DNA of 63,375 bases, filler included, from Octopus bimaculoides (GCF_001194135.2; 5 parts of 4 records of this genome joined end to end with filler, not necessarily neighbours in it); one strand, 5' to 3'. Positions 12,221-25,994 are shown, numbered from the whole stretch's first letter. Notes: a model not told the origin generated them from the letters alone. Made by a program: numbers and translations.

Positions 12221-12920
12221 CTCTCAGATTCATTGAAAAATGCAAGCTATTACACCAAAACAAGGCTAGACCGTGTGGTGAAATGTTGTACTGTACTACA
12301 GGGTGTATATATAGATGTTTTAGCTAACACTGTGGACGCAAATATGAACATTTTGCCCGTCAAAAAACTATCTTCTTGTCTGTGAACAGAGTAAGTTGTT
12401 TCCGATTACCATTTCACTATATCTCGGTTAAATGGATATATAGGTATCTTGTGTAATGCATTGTAGTAAACCTCTTTATATTTCAGTCGAGATCATTGTT
12501 TTACCATTCGACTATATATTCTTGACACCAGATATACAAAAATATATTCTAAAACTCCATAGAATGAACAGATATACTGCAGAAATGTTACGAGAGTTGT
12601 TATGTACAGATTAATAATTGAATATCTGTCTTTCTCAATGAATCAAAACCGGTTTAGGTGTAACTAGGTCTAACATGTGAGACCTAAAAGAACAATTTCC
12701 AAGAGAAGCTAAAATATGTATCGAGAAAATAATAACCATTCTTAGAATTGAGGTAAGTCAATAGATTTTTGTAACTTAAATAACTTAATATGATCTGTGT
12801 TGATGTTTTTTTTTTCTGTGTGGCGTCATTTTCTACAGACTTATGGCTAGAGTGGTTCTAAACATGGTGCTTTAATGTTTGTTCTTGTTCAACCAACATA
12901 TGCAAAAGTTGATAAATGAA
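12221..12920 (+). pseudogene. Possible decayed multi-exon coding sequence of unknown product
   Basis: Strong acceptors at 12220, 12486 and 12838 and GTAAGT donors at 12391 and 12753 define 96-nt and 86-nt introns. Exon frames contain stops and a frameshift. Confidence 0.25.
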
Positions 12921-14063
12921 TGCGATTTTATTTTATTGTGAAGAAGGTACAAATCCAACCATTTTGCCTACGATAGCAGATGACATTATAGTAGTGCTCA
13001 TACTTTCAAGGGGATAAAGGCTGATCTGAGTCAAATTTGCGGTTCTATCTAAAAGTTCAATCGACCACACAGGGGTTCTCTCATTGCACATATTTTCATT
13101 TTCCTGGATAGCAGATCAATTTTATTTGTCGAGTTTTAATGCATTTATGAATTAGGGTTCAATTAAACTAAATCTTCAGGCATTATGAAATTATAATAGT
13201 TCATTAAGCAAATAAATACGACAGGAAAACATAATTTCTTTTAAAATATACTTTTTATAAACCATGCGTTCAATTTCAAAATTTACATGTGAATGCCGAG
13301 AATGTAAATTGTAACAATCAACAAGTTATTATTAGCAGTTTAAAAGGGATTATTTTAAAGATTTTATTATACTCTTCTTTAGCATCCAAATTCGGAATGT
13401 CCGACAAACATTTCGTGTGGTTAAAATGTAAGAATAAAGCATACTTAACATTTATCAAACATAACAAACGATAGAGTAAAATAGAACGTAATAAAAACTA
13501 TGTATTATGCTTATAAGTTATGAAATTTATGTCGAGAATGAGATGTTTTCCAATAAAGATTTATTCCAGTAGGAATTCAAGTTGGTATCATCGGTGAATT
13601 GTTCTCCTTGCTATACATCTTATACCAATAACATTAGAAAAGACAAAGACCAATACAATTTCTATGCTATCATCCATTATAATTTATAACCTTCTAAAAT
13701 GTTTAACAGAGATATTTATTGAATCATGTCTTCATAAATTCGATTTGAATGAGTAAAAGGTCCCATATCTTGCAAGAATTTCTTCAACAGAAAATGTAAA
13801 TTTCTATTATTTCTGGCATTCGGTTGAACACGTCACAAACTACGTCTTTATATACCTATTATTTCACTAATGAAACAGTCTGGCAGAGGTAACTACCGTT
13901 CGGTATATATGTCGATGCCTTGTGTAGCTTCTATAATGTCGCTGCAATGTTTCTGAGATCACCTTCCCTTGTATATATGAGTATGAATTCTTGTTAAAAT
14001 ATGAGTCCACAAACATCTGTAAACATTCTTATATTCACACTTATAGACGTACAAACATACGCA

Positions 14064-14108
<45 letters not shown>

Positions 14109-14208
14109 NNNNNNNNNNNNNNNNNNNNNNNNNNNNNNNNNNNNNNNNNNNNTTAATTAATTAANNNNNNNNNNNNNNNNNNNNNNNNNNNNNNNNNNNN
14201 NNNNNNNN
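14109..14208. other. Artificial scaffold linker N44-TTAATTAATTAA-N44
   Basis: Exact 100-nt pattern; identical at 41349, 52128 and 61356. Confidence 0.95.
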
Positions 14209-14277
14209 CCAATAACACTATCCATATCACGTCCTCACTTTGTTGTTTTTTTGTTTTTTTGTTATTGTTTTTTTGAA

Positions 14278-14321
<44 letters not shown>

Positions 14322-14870
14322 GTTAAGGTAAGCTACTCCTGCTTAGACAACATCGCATCTAAAATCGCACTCATTAACAAATGTAAAGACGCACCCACAC
14401 AACCTCCAACCCCAACCTACGACTTCTGAAATCCTACCACCTGTCCTCTACGAGGATCCTACCTCTCAAGGGCTGTAGTATACAGAGCCAACCGAATACC
14501 ATGCGATGGCATTACTAGGCACTACACAGGTATGACAGCCAATGACTTCAAGGGAAGTAATTTCCAAGCACTTACATTCATTTAGATCCAGGGACAGAGA
14601 GAACTCCACTCTCCTGTCCCACTTTCTTTGGAGACTTCATGACCTCCGAGACGAAACACCCAGCATCAAGTGGACTGTTATCGACAGGGTGCCACCATAT
14701 TCACCCGTCACCCCTAACTGACAGCTATGCTTCCGCGAAAAACTGCATATCATCTACCAATCTGCAATATCCATCAACAAGAAATATGCGGTATCGAATT
14801 GCTGTCACCAGAGGTACGCTCTTCTGGTAAATTTTAAACCACTGGCCGCCGACAACTCGGATATACCTTC
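14322..14870 (+). mobile_element. Penelope-like element, GIY-YIG endonuclease region (degenerate)
   Basis: VSYSCLDNIAS...TCPLRGSYLSRAVVYRA...HYTGMTANDFKG...NSTLLSHFLWRL...IKWTVIDRVPPYSP...QLCFREKLHI matches the Penelope C-terminal pattern. Confidence 0.85.
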
Positions 14871-14969
14871 TTAGTACCAGCTACCCCTAGCACCACCTGC
14901 ACCAATGTTACCGTTACAAATTATCCCCCATGAACAGCATCGCAAATCACTAATTCCCAACACTTCCCT

Positions 14970-15460
14970 ATGCCTGTCTACCTCCATACTCTCGCCCCTT
15001 GTACATATAATCCCTTGTGTATGACCACGCAAGTATATGTGCGCCTGCCCACGCATGTGCGTAAGTGCCCGTATGCATTTGCATACCGTATGCATGCAAA
15101 CGGATGAGTGTGCGCGGGTGTATGTGCGCGCGCCCCATTTGCTTGTACACCCGTGCGTGTGCATGTGTGTACTCGTGCACACGCGTATGTGGGTGTGCTC
15201 GTGTGCATATGTACATTGAGACAAAGGTGTGTGCACGCGTACACGTGTGTGTCTGTGTATGTCTGTGTGTGTGCGTGCGTTTGAGTATACATGTGCGCGC
15301 GCGTGAGTGCTTTCGTGTGTGTGCGTGTGTGCATGTGTGTGTGCGTGTGCGAGCGTACGGATGTTTGAATGTACATCTAAGCATACATACACACTCATAT
15401 AAGTACTGATGCATACACGTAGATATATGGGCATATACATGTGCATATATACATATACAC
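14970..15460. repeat. Cryptic degenerate (GT/CA)n-derived repeat with many CG steps
   Basis: Alternating purine/pyrimidine sequence (gtgtgcgcgtgtatgt...). Confidence 0.85.
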
Positions 15461-16586
15461 CCTACATCTACCACCTCTTCCTACTTCCCCCAACCAAGTG
15501 ACCGATACCTTGTTCACCACGAGGTCGACTTCCTGTTCATTATGCACTATTTTCCATCTAACGGCTGTCGCTAAAATACTAAAATACGGACATTAATACC
15601 GCGTGACCTTTCTCGACCAATTGCAGGCTAACGTCCAGTAATAAACAGTGACTCTCTTCAATCGATTTCTCATTCAGAATCCAATGGCTGAAGATTAGCC
15701 GCGTGCTTGAAACTCAAAGTACCAAGGAATCTGAATCAAACTGTTTTGATCTAAAGGTATGTATATATATATATATATATATNNNNNNNNNNNNNNNNNN
15801 NNNNNNNNNNNNNNNNNNNNNNNNNNNNNNNNNNNNNNNNNNNNNNNNNNNNNNNNNNNNNNNNNNNNNNNNNNNNNNNNNNNNNNNNNNNNNNNNNNNN
15901 NNNNNNNNNNNNNNNNNNNNNNNNNNNNNNNNNNNNNNNNNNNNNNNNNNNNNNNNNNNNNNNNNNNNNNNNNNNNNNNNNNNNNNNNNNNNNNNNNNNN
16001 NNNNNNNNNNNNNNNNNNNNNNNNNNNNNNNNNNNNNNNNNNNNNNNNNNNNNNNNNNNNNNNNNNNNNNNNNNNNNNNNNNNNNNNNNNNNNNNNNNNN
16101 NNNNNNNNNNNNNNNNNNNNNNNNNNNNNNNNNNNNNNNNNNNNNNNNNNNNNNNNNNNNNNNNNNNNNNNNNNNNNNNNNNNNNNNNNNNNNNNNNNNN
16201 NNNNNNNNNNNNNNNNNNNNNNNNNNNNNNNNNNNNNNNNNNNNNNNNNNNNNNNNNNNNNNNNNNNNNNNNNNNNNNNNNNNNNNNNNNNNNNNNNNNN
16301 NNNNNNNNNNNNNNNNNNNNNNNNNNNNNNNNNNNNNNNNNNNNNNNNNNNNNNNNNNNNNNNNNNNNNNNNNNNNNNNNNNNNNNNNNNNNNNNNNNNN
16401 NNNNNNNNNNNNNNNNNNNNNNNNNNNNNNNNNNNNNNNNNNNNNNNNNNNNNNNNNNNNNNNNNNNNNNNNNNNNNNNNNNNNNNNNNNNNNNNNNNNN
16501 NNNNNNNNNNNNNNNNNNNNNNNNNNNNNNNNNNNNNNNNNNNNNNNNNNNNNNNNNNNNNNNNNNNNNNNNNNNNNNNNNNNNNN

Positions 16587-16655
<69 letters not shown>

Positions 16656-16949
16656 GGGAAGTAGAGAGAAAGAAAGAGTAAGGCTTGTTGTTAGAAATAG
16701 AATGACATGCCCACAGCGAAAATGGCTTCACGTTCTCTATTACATTAGACATTTAGTCATGACACCTCTTCAACACAGCACCATGATGAATATTCACTGC
16801 TGCATGTAACACGTTAGTGGGTATTCATTGTTACACAGTTAAAGGACGATAACAGTTGTTATCAACATAATTGCGTTGATACAGCTTAATGAATGAGGGA
16901 ATGGCAAGTCCTGAATTTATTAGTAATATGTGCAGTTTGTCAAGCTATC

Positions 16950-17150
16950 CAATACGGTTTCAATCCGTCTCCAAATTCTTGACAGAAATATTTGACCATA
17001 GGACCTTACGCTAATGGTACTGCTGTTGATCCTTTCCATGGTACCTATTGACGGTTAGTCTGGCTAAGCATGTGAGGTTTATCTTGGATGGCCATAGACA
17101 GCATGGCTTTACTGGCGGAATGTGTAGCATTCAGTCTTCCGGTCTTCTGA
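16950..17150 (-). mobile_element. Possible RTE-like LINE fragment
   Basis: GRLNATHSASKAMLSMAI...TNRQ weakly resembles the RTE RLDG.YTRMLR.AL...TN..LYG motif. Confidence 0.3.
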
Positions 17151-18521
17151 CAACATTCTGCAGATTTAGAGGGTGGGGGTCACAAGGCAAACACAACTTA
17201 TAGAAGAAAATTCATGCTTCACTAACTCACGTTGTAAAAATGGCAATGTTAAAGTAGAAATTTGCCGTCAATTGGAAATTCGAAGCGACTTGCTGATTAG
17301 TCAGTGGTATCAAATTTATCAGTTATATAAAGCAATAACTTCTTGTCTACACAGATAACCTCTTAACTACACAAGTGACCGGATATTTACAGAACTAGTT
17401 ATCTCGCTACACATCAGGTCATCTAAATAGCTACAACATCAATAGTTTCACCACCACAAAACTAGGATAGACGTCACCAACATTATGTACAGAGAGAGAG
17501 CAACGGTAGCACCCTCACCGAGTTTATTTCTCTAGGTTGCACCAGAGTCTGCAAACATGCAGAAATAAACAGGACAATGGAGAGGTGGTAACATGTCCAG
17601 AATAACATTCACCATGCAATTTTTCCTTGCATCTTAGAGTGTCCAGTGTTCAGGCTGAGACACAAACACACCAGCAATATTTGTGGGTTGTATCAGCTAT
17701 TTAAATGAGGGTCAACAGACTGCTTTATCAGAGCTGAGTTAGAGTTACACATTAGCAACAAATGATCCCCAATACACCACCACCACATCTGTCCATGTAA
17801 GTTATATACACAGTTGGTTACCTATTTCGAGAACGACCTGTACCATATATGAAGTCATTCGAGGTTGTTGGTATTGTTTAGTTACAGGTCAGTCACGATC
17901 GAAGAGATTTTGATTAAAGCAATTCAACTGTGGTCATCCTACTTTTCCTCCAGGATGATATTACTCAAAGTGTTCTTTTCTAAGACAGTAGGATATGATG
18001 TGAGTGAGCTTTGTTTATTAATTTTACAATGTCGAGAAGCCACGTAGACGTTTCCTCTTTGGCTCATGACACACGACGTTGATTGTCAGTGCATGAAATT
18101 TATTCGTGACTTACGTCTCTTGCCTTCACTATAATTACAGTAATGATGGATCCTTGCCGTGGTCTACAAATAGACGGCCGGAGTGTGCGACACGGTCTCC
18201 ATATTTGTTATCCCTGATATTACTTACGGTCCTTAGGAAATTCATGAACGTTACAACTCATCTTTTCGGATCAATAAAATTGTATCAGTTATAAACTGTT
18301 AATAACCAACCATACTTAATTCCGAAAAACTGTGACCTATTTCAACGTTTAGTAATTTTCTCTTCGTCATTATTAATGTTGTTGTGGAAGTATTTTTTGC
18401 CACAAGACTTGTTCCAAAGCTGTTCTTCTTTGACTTTTTATAATATTTGTTTACTTGACATTGTCATGCGGTTGTTGTACTGTTGTTATCATATCAAGGA
18501 AGTGAGGTGTGTTTAATAGTA

Positions 18522-18524
<3 letters not shown>

Positions 18525-18612
<88 letters not shown>
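18525..18612. repeat. (GT)n microsatellite
   Basis: Seen directly. Confidence 0.95.
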
Positions 18613-18618
<6 letters not shown>

Positions 18619-19039
18619 TGTCCCCCCATTAAAGGGAGTTAATTGTTATTTGCTTCTGCTCTCATAGTAGAAATGCAGAAATACATTCCAACATGTTTAC
18701 AGTGATAACAGTGGTAGAGGGTGATGGAGGACTCCCTTAATCGTCGCAGCTAACTTTTTCCACCAGAGGAAAAGAGAGTTAACTCGAATCATTGCGCCCA
18801 TCTGTCCAAATAGCATCAATAATTCTAACAGTAACATTTGCAGCCAGAGTTACAAGAGGAATAACGACAATATTCACAGTAGAATCAATAATGGTGACGT
18901 AGACTGCTAGAAATGACTGCAGCAATAATAAGACCGGCACGACCACAGTGGCGATAACAACATCAGTGAAACTAACAGCCAAAACAAAAATACATTTGCA
19001 TAAAATGTATATTTATGGGCCTTCATAGGATGGCGAAAT

Positions 19040-19143
19040 AAAAAGCAAAGCACAAAGCAAAAAGCAAAACACAAAAAAGCAAAATACAAAACAAAAAGCA
19101 AAACACAAAACAAAAAGCAAAACACAAAACAAAAAGCAAACAC
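19040..19143. repeat. Minisatellite, about 19-nt unit aaaacaaaaagcaaaacac
   Basis: Several tandem units seen directly. Confidence 0.85.
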
Positions 19144-19869
19144 TACAACTATTAATGTATTGGCGGTGAGTAAGAATATCAGCTGCAAAAGTATTGTGTC
19201 GAGAATTAGGGAAAAAGGCAATTACTTGGAGAAGAATCTCCCTCAAGACAAGTTGATTTGAAACCCCACTGTGAGTAGATTCCGTAGATATCATTAAAGA
19301 TCAGAGACAACATATACGAGAAGAAGGAGTGTGGCTTGAATAGGGGATATAATTCTTTCACTCCATCGAAAAAAAATGAAGCAATATCATTACTAGAGTA
19401 TGTTGATTGTAAATCAAGAAAAAACGTTAAAGTATCGCATAAAATAGTTTGTGATGCTTATTTACAATCCTGCTGGTTCCTATTTCAAACCCACTGAAGG
19501 AGACATGTCTAAAAAAATGTTTTGAGACTTGTAGGGAGCTTCTATACAATAAAGAGCTATTCAAATATTTGAACTTGTTCAATCGATTGTACCAACCCTA
19601 CGAAAGTTATGGAGAGGAGACTATTTTTAAAATCCTCGTTCTGATATTAATTAACTATCAAATACTGAGGATAATTTAAACTATTGTGCCGCGACCCCCC
19701 CCCCAAAAAAAAAACTGTGGACTTGTGCTCTGTACATTCTGTGCTCGTTTCACAACGGGTAAGATTTAATTTAATAAAATAAGTCGTAGTCACATTCTGA
19801 TTAAATCATCTCATTAAATCATCTCTCATTTTATGACCTGGTGTCACGATTAAACATCAGTAAGAGTTG

Positions 19870-21585
19870 CCGCTGGAAAGCCGATAAGAAAAAAGAAATG
19901 CCCTTTAGAATACCAAAGGTGTAACGAGAGCCGAGTAAACACGCTGACGATTGTTATTTCTGCTGGGTACAGCGCAAAAAATAGACATAATATGGTATTC
20001 CCTCGGTTATACGGCCTATTGCACATGGGGTTGACATTGTAGTTCCTCTCCCACCACTTGCTTTGAAGAATGTTACATCAGATAATGATGATGATGGCAA
20101 ATGTGAAGAAGGTGATGACTACACTCCTGACAAAATTGAATGTCTGCAGGAAGAGCTCAATGATTTGGTGAGAGATTTGAACTTACAGCGGCACTTCTTG
20201 GTTCTAGGCTAAGAATGAAAAAGCTTTTGTTATCGGGAACCTTCTTCTCTAGCTATCGTAACAGGGAACACAAGTTGTTACCAATCTCTGCTGCAGATGA
20301 ATCAGTGGTGTTTTGCTATAATATTCCAAACCCGCTAAAGTATTTTGAGATTGAGAGCAATCCCTCTGAACGGAAGCTATTCATTGATTCCTCCAAAGTT
20401 TGAAGGTTGTTTTGCTACACAATGAAAATAAGTATTCATCCATTGCAGTGGCACATTCTGTACAACTAAAGGAGACATATGCAACTCTAAAAAACTTTTG
20501 TTAAATATAAAGTATGCAGAATACCACTCGCAAGTGTGTGAAGATTTCAAAATTATAAGCATGCTTTTCGGCCAGCAGGCAGGCTACACAAAAAGGCTAT
20601 GTTTTTATGTGATTTGAACAGCATAGCTAAAGAAAAGCATTGGATGGTTAAGAACTGGCCACAAAGGAGAAGTTTGTTACCTGGATCCAAAAACATTCCG
20701 CACAGGCCCTTGATAGAACCTACAAAACTACTGCTACCACCGTTGCACATCAAACTGGGTTTGATGAAACAGTTCGTTAAATCTTCGCCTGCAAATGGAC
20801 CATGTTTGCAGTATCTCTCAAAAACAATTCCCAAATATAACCAGTAAGAAAATTAAAGCAGGAACATTTGTTGGTCCAGATTATGAGAAATCCTTGAATG
20901 AATCTCAAAAACGGATGAATGAGTTTCAAGTGTATTGCCGAGAACTTTTGGGGAAACAATAAGTGTTCAAATTACAAAGTCATAGTTGATGCCATGTTGC
21001 AAAACTTCAAAAACCTTGGGTACAACATGAATGTTAAAATACACTTCCTTCTCTCACACCCTGACTATTTCCCAGAGTACTTTGGCAATCTGAGTGAAAA
21101 GTATGGTGAGAGATTTCACCAGGTCATTAAAGAAATGGAGCGCAGATACCAGTGAGGGGGTAGAATGTAAACATGATAGCAAATTACTGCTGGATCCTAG
21201 AGAAAGACTGCAAGCAACTACCAAAAGCTGGAAGGAAATCAAAATAAAGCAAGTTTGAAAAACAATAAAATTACTTTAAAGCTATGGTAAGTGCATTAAA
21301 AAAATATATCTAGTCAATATGTAGGCTTACATACTATTCATATCTTCTTTATTATTGCTCTTGTCATTTGTTCTTAATTTCATCATATTTTTATCTAAAA
21401 GTCTGCCACAAAAAGGAATGAATGACAAGAAAAATCATCATATCTTTGGCAACCATTTGTGCAAAATTTGTACATAATAGGCAAAAACTAAAAACATATT
21501 TGGAATCAGCATTAAAAGATGGTTCAGAATCACCTACTGGTTGACAATCATCATTTACTTCATTTAAAAATGCAGACTTGTGTAA
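19870..21585 (+). mobile_element. Chapaev3-like (CMC superfamily) DNA transposon fossil with right terminus
   Basis: Frameshifted transposase motifs MPFRIPKV*REP..H.DDCYFC, ELNDLVRDLNL, RKLFIDSSK, LLLPPLHIKLGLMKQFVK, IHFLLSHPDYFPE..GNLSEKYGERFHQ; ends ...gacttGTG followed by TAA at 21583-21585. Family name assigned from recalled motif similarity. Confidence 0.75.
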
Positions 21586-21764
21586 TTTACACACACGCAT
21601 GCACACACACGCGTATGCATACATGCATACATACATACACACACACATATATGGTGTTTATGTGATATATGTATATATACATAGGCAAACATAGATATAT
21701 GCATACATACATACATACATACACACATATATATATATATACATACATATATGCATATACATAT

Positions 21765-21799
<35 letters not shown>

Positions 21800-22463
21800 N
21801 NNNNNNNNNNNNNNNNNNNNNNNNNNNNNNNNNNNNNNNNNNNNNNNNNNNNNNNNNNNNNNNNNNNNNNNNNNNNNNNNNNNNNNNNNNNNNNNNNNNN
21901 NNNNNNNNNNNNNNNNNNNNNNNNNNNNNNNNNNNNNNNNNNNNNNNNNNNNNNNNNNNNNNNNNNNNNNNNNNNNNNNNNNNNNNNNNNNNNNNNNNNN
22001 NNNNNNNNNNNNNNNNNNNNNNNNNNNNNNNNNNNNNNNNNNNNNNNNNNNNNNNNNNNNNNNNNNNNNNNNNNNNNNNNNNNNNNNNNNNNNNNNNNNN
22101 NNNNNNNNNNNNNNNNNNNNNNNNNNNNNNNNNNNNNNNNNNNNNNNNNNNNNNNNNNNNNNNNNNNNNNNNNNNNNNNNNNNNNNNNNNNNNNNNNNNN
22201 NNNNNNNNNNNNNNNNNNNNNNNNNNNNNNNNNNNNNNNNNNNNNNNNNNNNNNNNNNNNNNNNNNNNNNNNNNNNNNNNNNNNNNNNNNNNNNNNNNNN
22301 NNNNNNNNNNNNNNNNNNNNNNNNNNNNNNNNNNNNNNNNNNNNNNNNNNNNNNNNNNNNNNNNNNNNNNNNNNNNNNNNNNNNNNNNNNNNNNNNNNNN
22401 NNNNNNNNNNNNNNNNNNNNNNNNNNNNNNNNNNNNNNNNNNNNNNNNNNNNNNNNNNNNNNN

Positions 22464-22507
<44 letters not shown>

Positions 22508-22826
22508 CGTAACACGCACTGAAATAGTTATACAAACACAGATACTCATGAACGGATATATCTATTTTTATATCCCGTTATATTTGTGTGTTTTGTGCAA
22601 GAGTGTTTCTACTTCAAGATATATCTCTGTTTATGAGTGAGAATATGTACGTTGTGTGTGTGTATATGTACGTTATGAGTGTGCATATGTGCGCATATAT
22701 ATCTTAAAAACTGGTGTCACAGTCTGTTTCACAGAGCGGAAGTAAAAGATAACACTGTCTGATATCAATATATTTAGCAGAAACCAAACCCCATTCCGAT
22801 ATAGCCAGCCTTGATGTTCACCTACA

Positions 22827-22874
<48 letters not shown>

Positions 22875-25800
22875 ACACACATGATATACATTTACATCTA
22901 TATACACATGTACACATTTTGTATATCGATACGTAACTTCGATTTAAAACAATATAGTGGAGCTGTATAGAAGGCGAAGGGTGTGAATGAGATAGAAATA
23001 TGCATTGTATGTTTGTATGGAAGGAAGGATGGGTAAAAGAGTGAAGTAAATCTGAGAAGTTAGATAGATAGAGAGACCTAACGTGGCGGGCGAAGGATAA
23101 TAAGATTGTTTTTTTTCCTTTTCTTAAGTGTCATATGAACAAAACGACGACACAGACACACACAAAATAAGTCAAAAGTCACTGTCTGAAATGGTGGGAA
23201 ACCTCATTAAAAGTGTATAGAAACGAAGAATTAAATAAATTCGAAACCAGGGCAATAATTAAAAGAAAGTCTTTTGTAAAAGTTATAAGAAAAACTTATA
23301 TAATGATCGATGATTGTAACAGTTATGTAAAAATCGTTACGTAAAAAAAGAATGAGATGAGACGGTCGATAAAATATTAGACATGGGTCCTAACATATTT
23401 CCTAATAATATTAATGGTAATTATAAGAACGGATAAGGGAGAAGAATAGCTATACATGTCATCCATTCAGTGAAAGAGGTCTCGAAACCAAAAGATTTCG
23501 AAGAATGTTCGCAACAATTTAACGATTCATATTCCGGGTTTAAAACCGATTTATCCTGAAGTGGAACAAAGCACTTCTCACTTACAGACATGTCCGGATA
23601 GTATTGCAGTAAGAGCATCCGTGTTCGCATTGAGCATTAGATTTTAAAAGAACCTAAAACAGATTATTTCAATAGCTAAATACTCGTTGAGGATCACTTA
23701 TCCGGATATTTAAATTAATCCATGTGGAGACGAAAATCCGTCTTGAAGCTGTTTTTTGTTGGTCTAGTAAATTTACAAGGTGGGCTGCCAACACTTGGGA
23801 GTTTAACTCATTACACTTCTCTTTGGCCAAACCGTTATTAAGCAGGCAGTTGCTAGGGTCTATACAATTACATTAATTGATCTTAACTTATATTGCCTTC
23901 AGTATGTCTTTTCGCAACGAGGCGAAGTCGTTTCACTAAGAGTAGCTAAACCTTAAGGTGTTTCTATTGAATATCTTGGAACACCACAGCTCTCTCTTTC
24001 TGAGAAAATATATACGAAGTATAAAAATTACCTTTCTACGTTCATATTGAATGTTAAATTAAGCAAGAAGAGTATGTAAGTATGTTTGTACGTATGTGTA
24101 TATATGAACTGAGTTTGTCTACGCATACCACTAAGAAACAAACAACATAAATTTGACATAGAAAATAATAATCAGTACTATCTGCAAAACCAGAAAATGC
24201 CCGATGTCAGTTTTACTCCAGTCTCACACAAAGCAAAATTTCGAACAACCAAAATTCGCTTCGCTTTGACTTTTAAATTTTCCATTTATGGGTTTTATAT
24301 ATTATCCTAATATTCTGTATTGTTTCCTCGCCCGAAGAGCGGAATTGAGAAACCCCACATCACGATGTATCAAGCTAGGCTTTCCATAGCACACNNNNNN
24401 NNNNGTAGTTCGTCTTGCCTTCACAGCGGCTGGAGTGAAAAGAAAGTTGACCACAGGTCACACGAGAGCAGAGAGGATGGTGGAGGGAGGAAGTGGAACA
24501 AGGAGGAAGGGACAGAAGGGTATAGCAGTGAAGTAGAGGCCAGGACAGAGGTATAGATATGCAGGTATACGCACACATATATAAATACATATATGCATAC
24601 ATTCATACATATTTGCTTGCAAACATACATAAACATATATACATATACAAACATACATAGACATATATACACATATAAGCATGTGTGGCTAGGTGCACAC
24701 ATACGCCTGACAGTTTGTGAGTCATTCTTTAATCTCAAAGAATTTGATAAAAAATCTTGCCTTCTTTACGGGCAGCAGGCGGAGGGTGGGCTCGGTGCGG
24801 CGTAGAGGAGGAAACCTTAAGCACTCGGCGTGCTTAACGGGTGTAAATAGAAGCGTTGTGCCTTCCACACATCATGTGCACTTTTAATCGGTGTGACTCC
24901 AGTTGTCAGCGCGGAATTAGTCTATCACTGTCTTCCACTGCCGCCACCACCACTCCGACCACCTCCACCATAGCCTTCAACACCGCAGCTGCCGCCACTA
25001 CCCCAGCACCATCACAACTACCGCAACCGCCGCCACCACCACCACCACCACCACCAGAACAACAACAACATCAACAACAATATTGCAAATCCTTAAAGCT
25101 GGCTTAGTTCCCTTTTATTTTCATTTCATTTTATTTGTTATCCTTTTCGCCATTGCTCAGTGGATGCCATCGTTGTGGAAGTTCGGTGGCAGAATTGATG
25201 CAAGTTAGAATTTCGTTTAGATTTCACAACCTGATCCTCTCTTTTGGAGCAGCACCAGTACTAATAGCAGCAACAATAACAACAAAGACAACAACAACTG
25301 CAGCAGTTGCAACAAGAATAGCAACAACAATAACAAAAATATAACTATGTCGGTGGTGAATTATAAAAAAAATATAACTATGTCGGTGGTGAATTGACAG
25401 AAGAGGTAGAAAGGCGGACAAAATATATATTAGTATGAGATCCGTCCTTTCTGCTTTTCATAATAACACCCGACATAAAATAAGCGAAGAAGCTTTTAAG
25501 TTTATCTCTCGATTGACTGGAAACAACAGGTAAATCTACTCCAAATTACCTCCGACTGCGAAATTTGGAAGACAGAACTGGGTTGTTGACCAGTTGTTGT
25601 GTGGTAAGTCTGTCATTCAACACCCCTACCTAGCTGTTAAGTACATTTAGTAGAGTCCACTCTGGTAACACATTCTAACTACCTTCCTCTACCCCCACCC
25701 TCCGGTCTCGAAGACCGAGTAAATGTCATGGCCGGTGCCTTTCCTACGCCGACTAAGCTATTCACAATAACACAATAATATAATTCTAGATTAATTGACC

Positions 25801-25994
25801 GGATCTGCGGTTCTTAACTTTCTTTTTTACCTGTGGGCCCCTTTGATTATTATTTAACTTTGGTGGACCCCCATAGCGATTCAATGTTTAAAAATGACAT
25901 CCTCGTGGATGTACCTAAGATTGTTGATTGTTACTGATGAAATTGCTGTTACTGTTATTGTTGAATTGTTTGTTTTTGCCCCATTGTGGGAAAG

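Noticed and set aside
14153-14164. Palindromic TTAATTAATTAA recurring four times
   Set aside because: It is always centred in exactly 44 N on each side, so it is an assembly linker rather than biology.
15703-16809. Long ORFs in the track that span N gaps (also 21564-22640, 26834-27595, 28331-29278, 32271-33236, 57433-58460)
   Set aside because: Their length comes from runs of N translated as X plus flanking (TA)n or (GA)n; there is no coding evidence.
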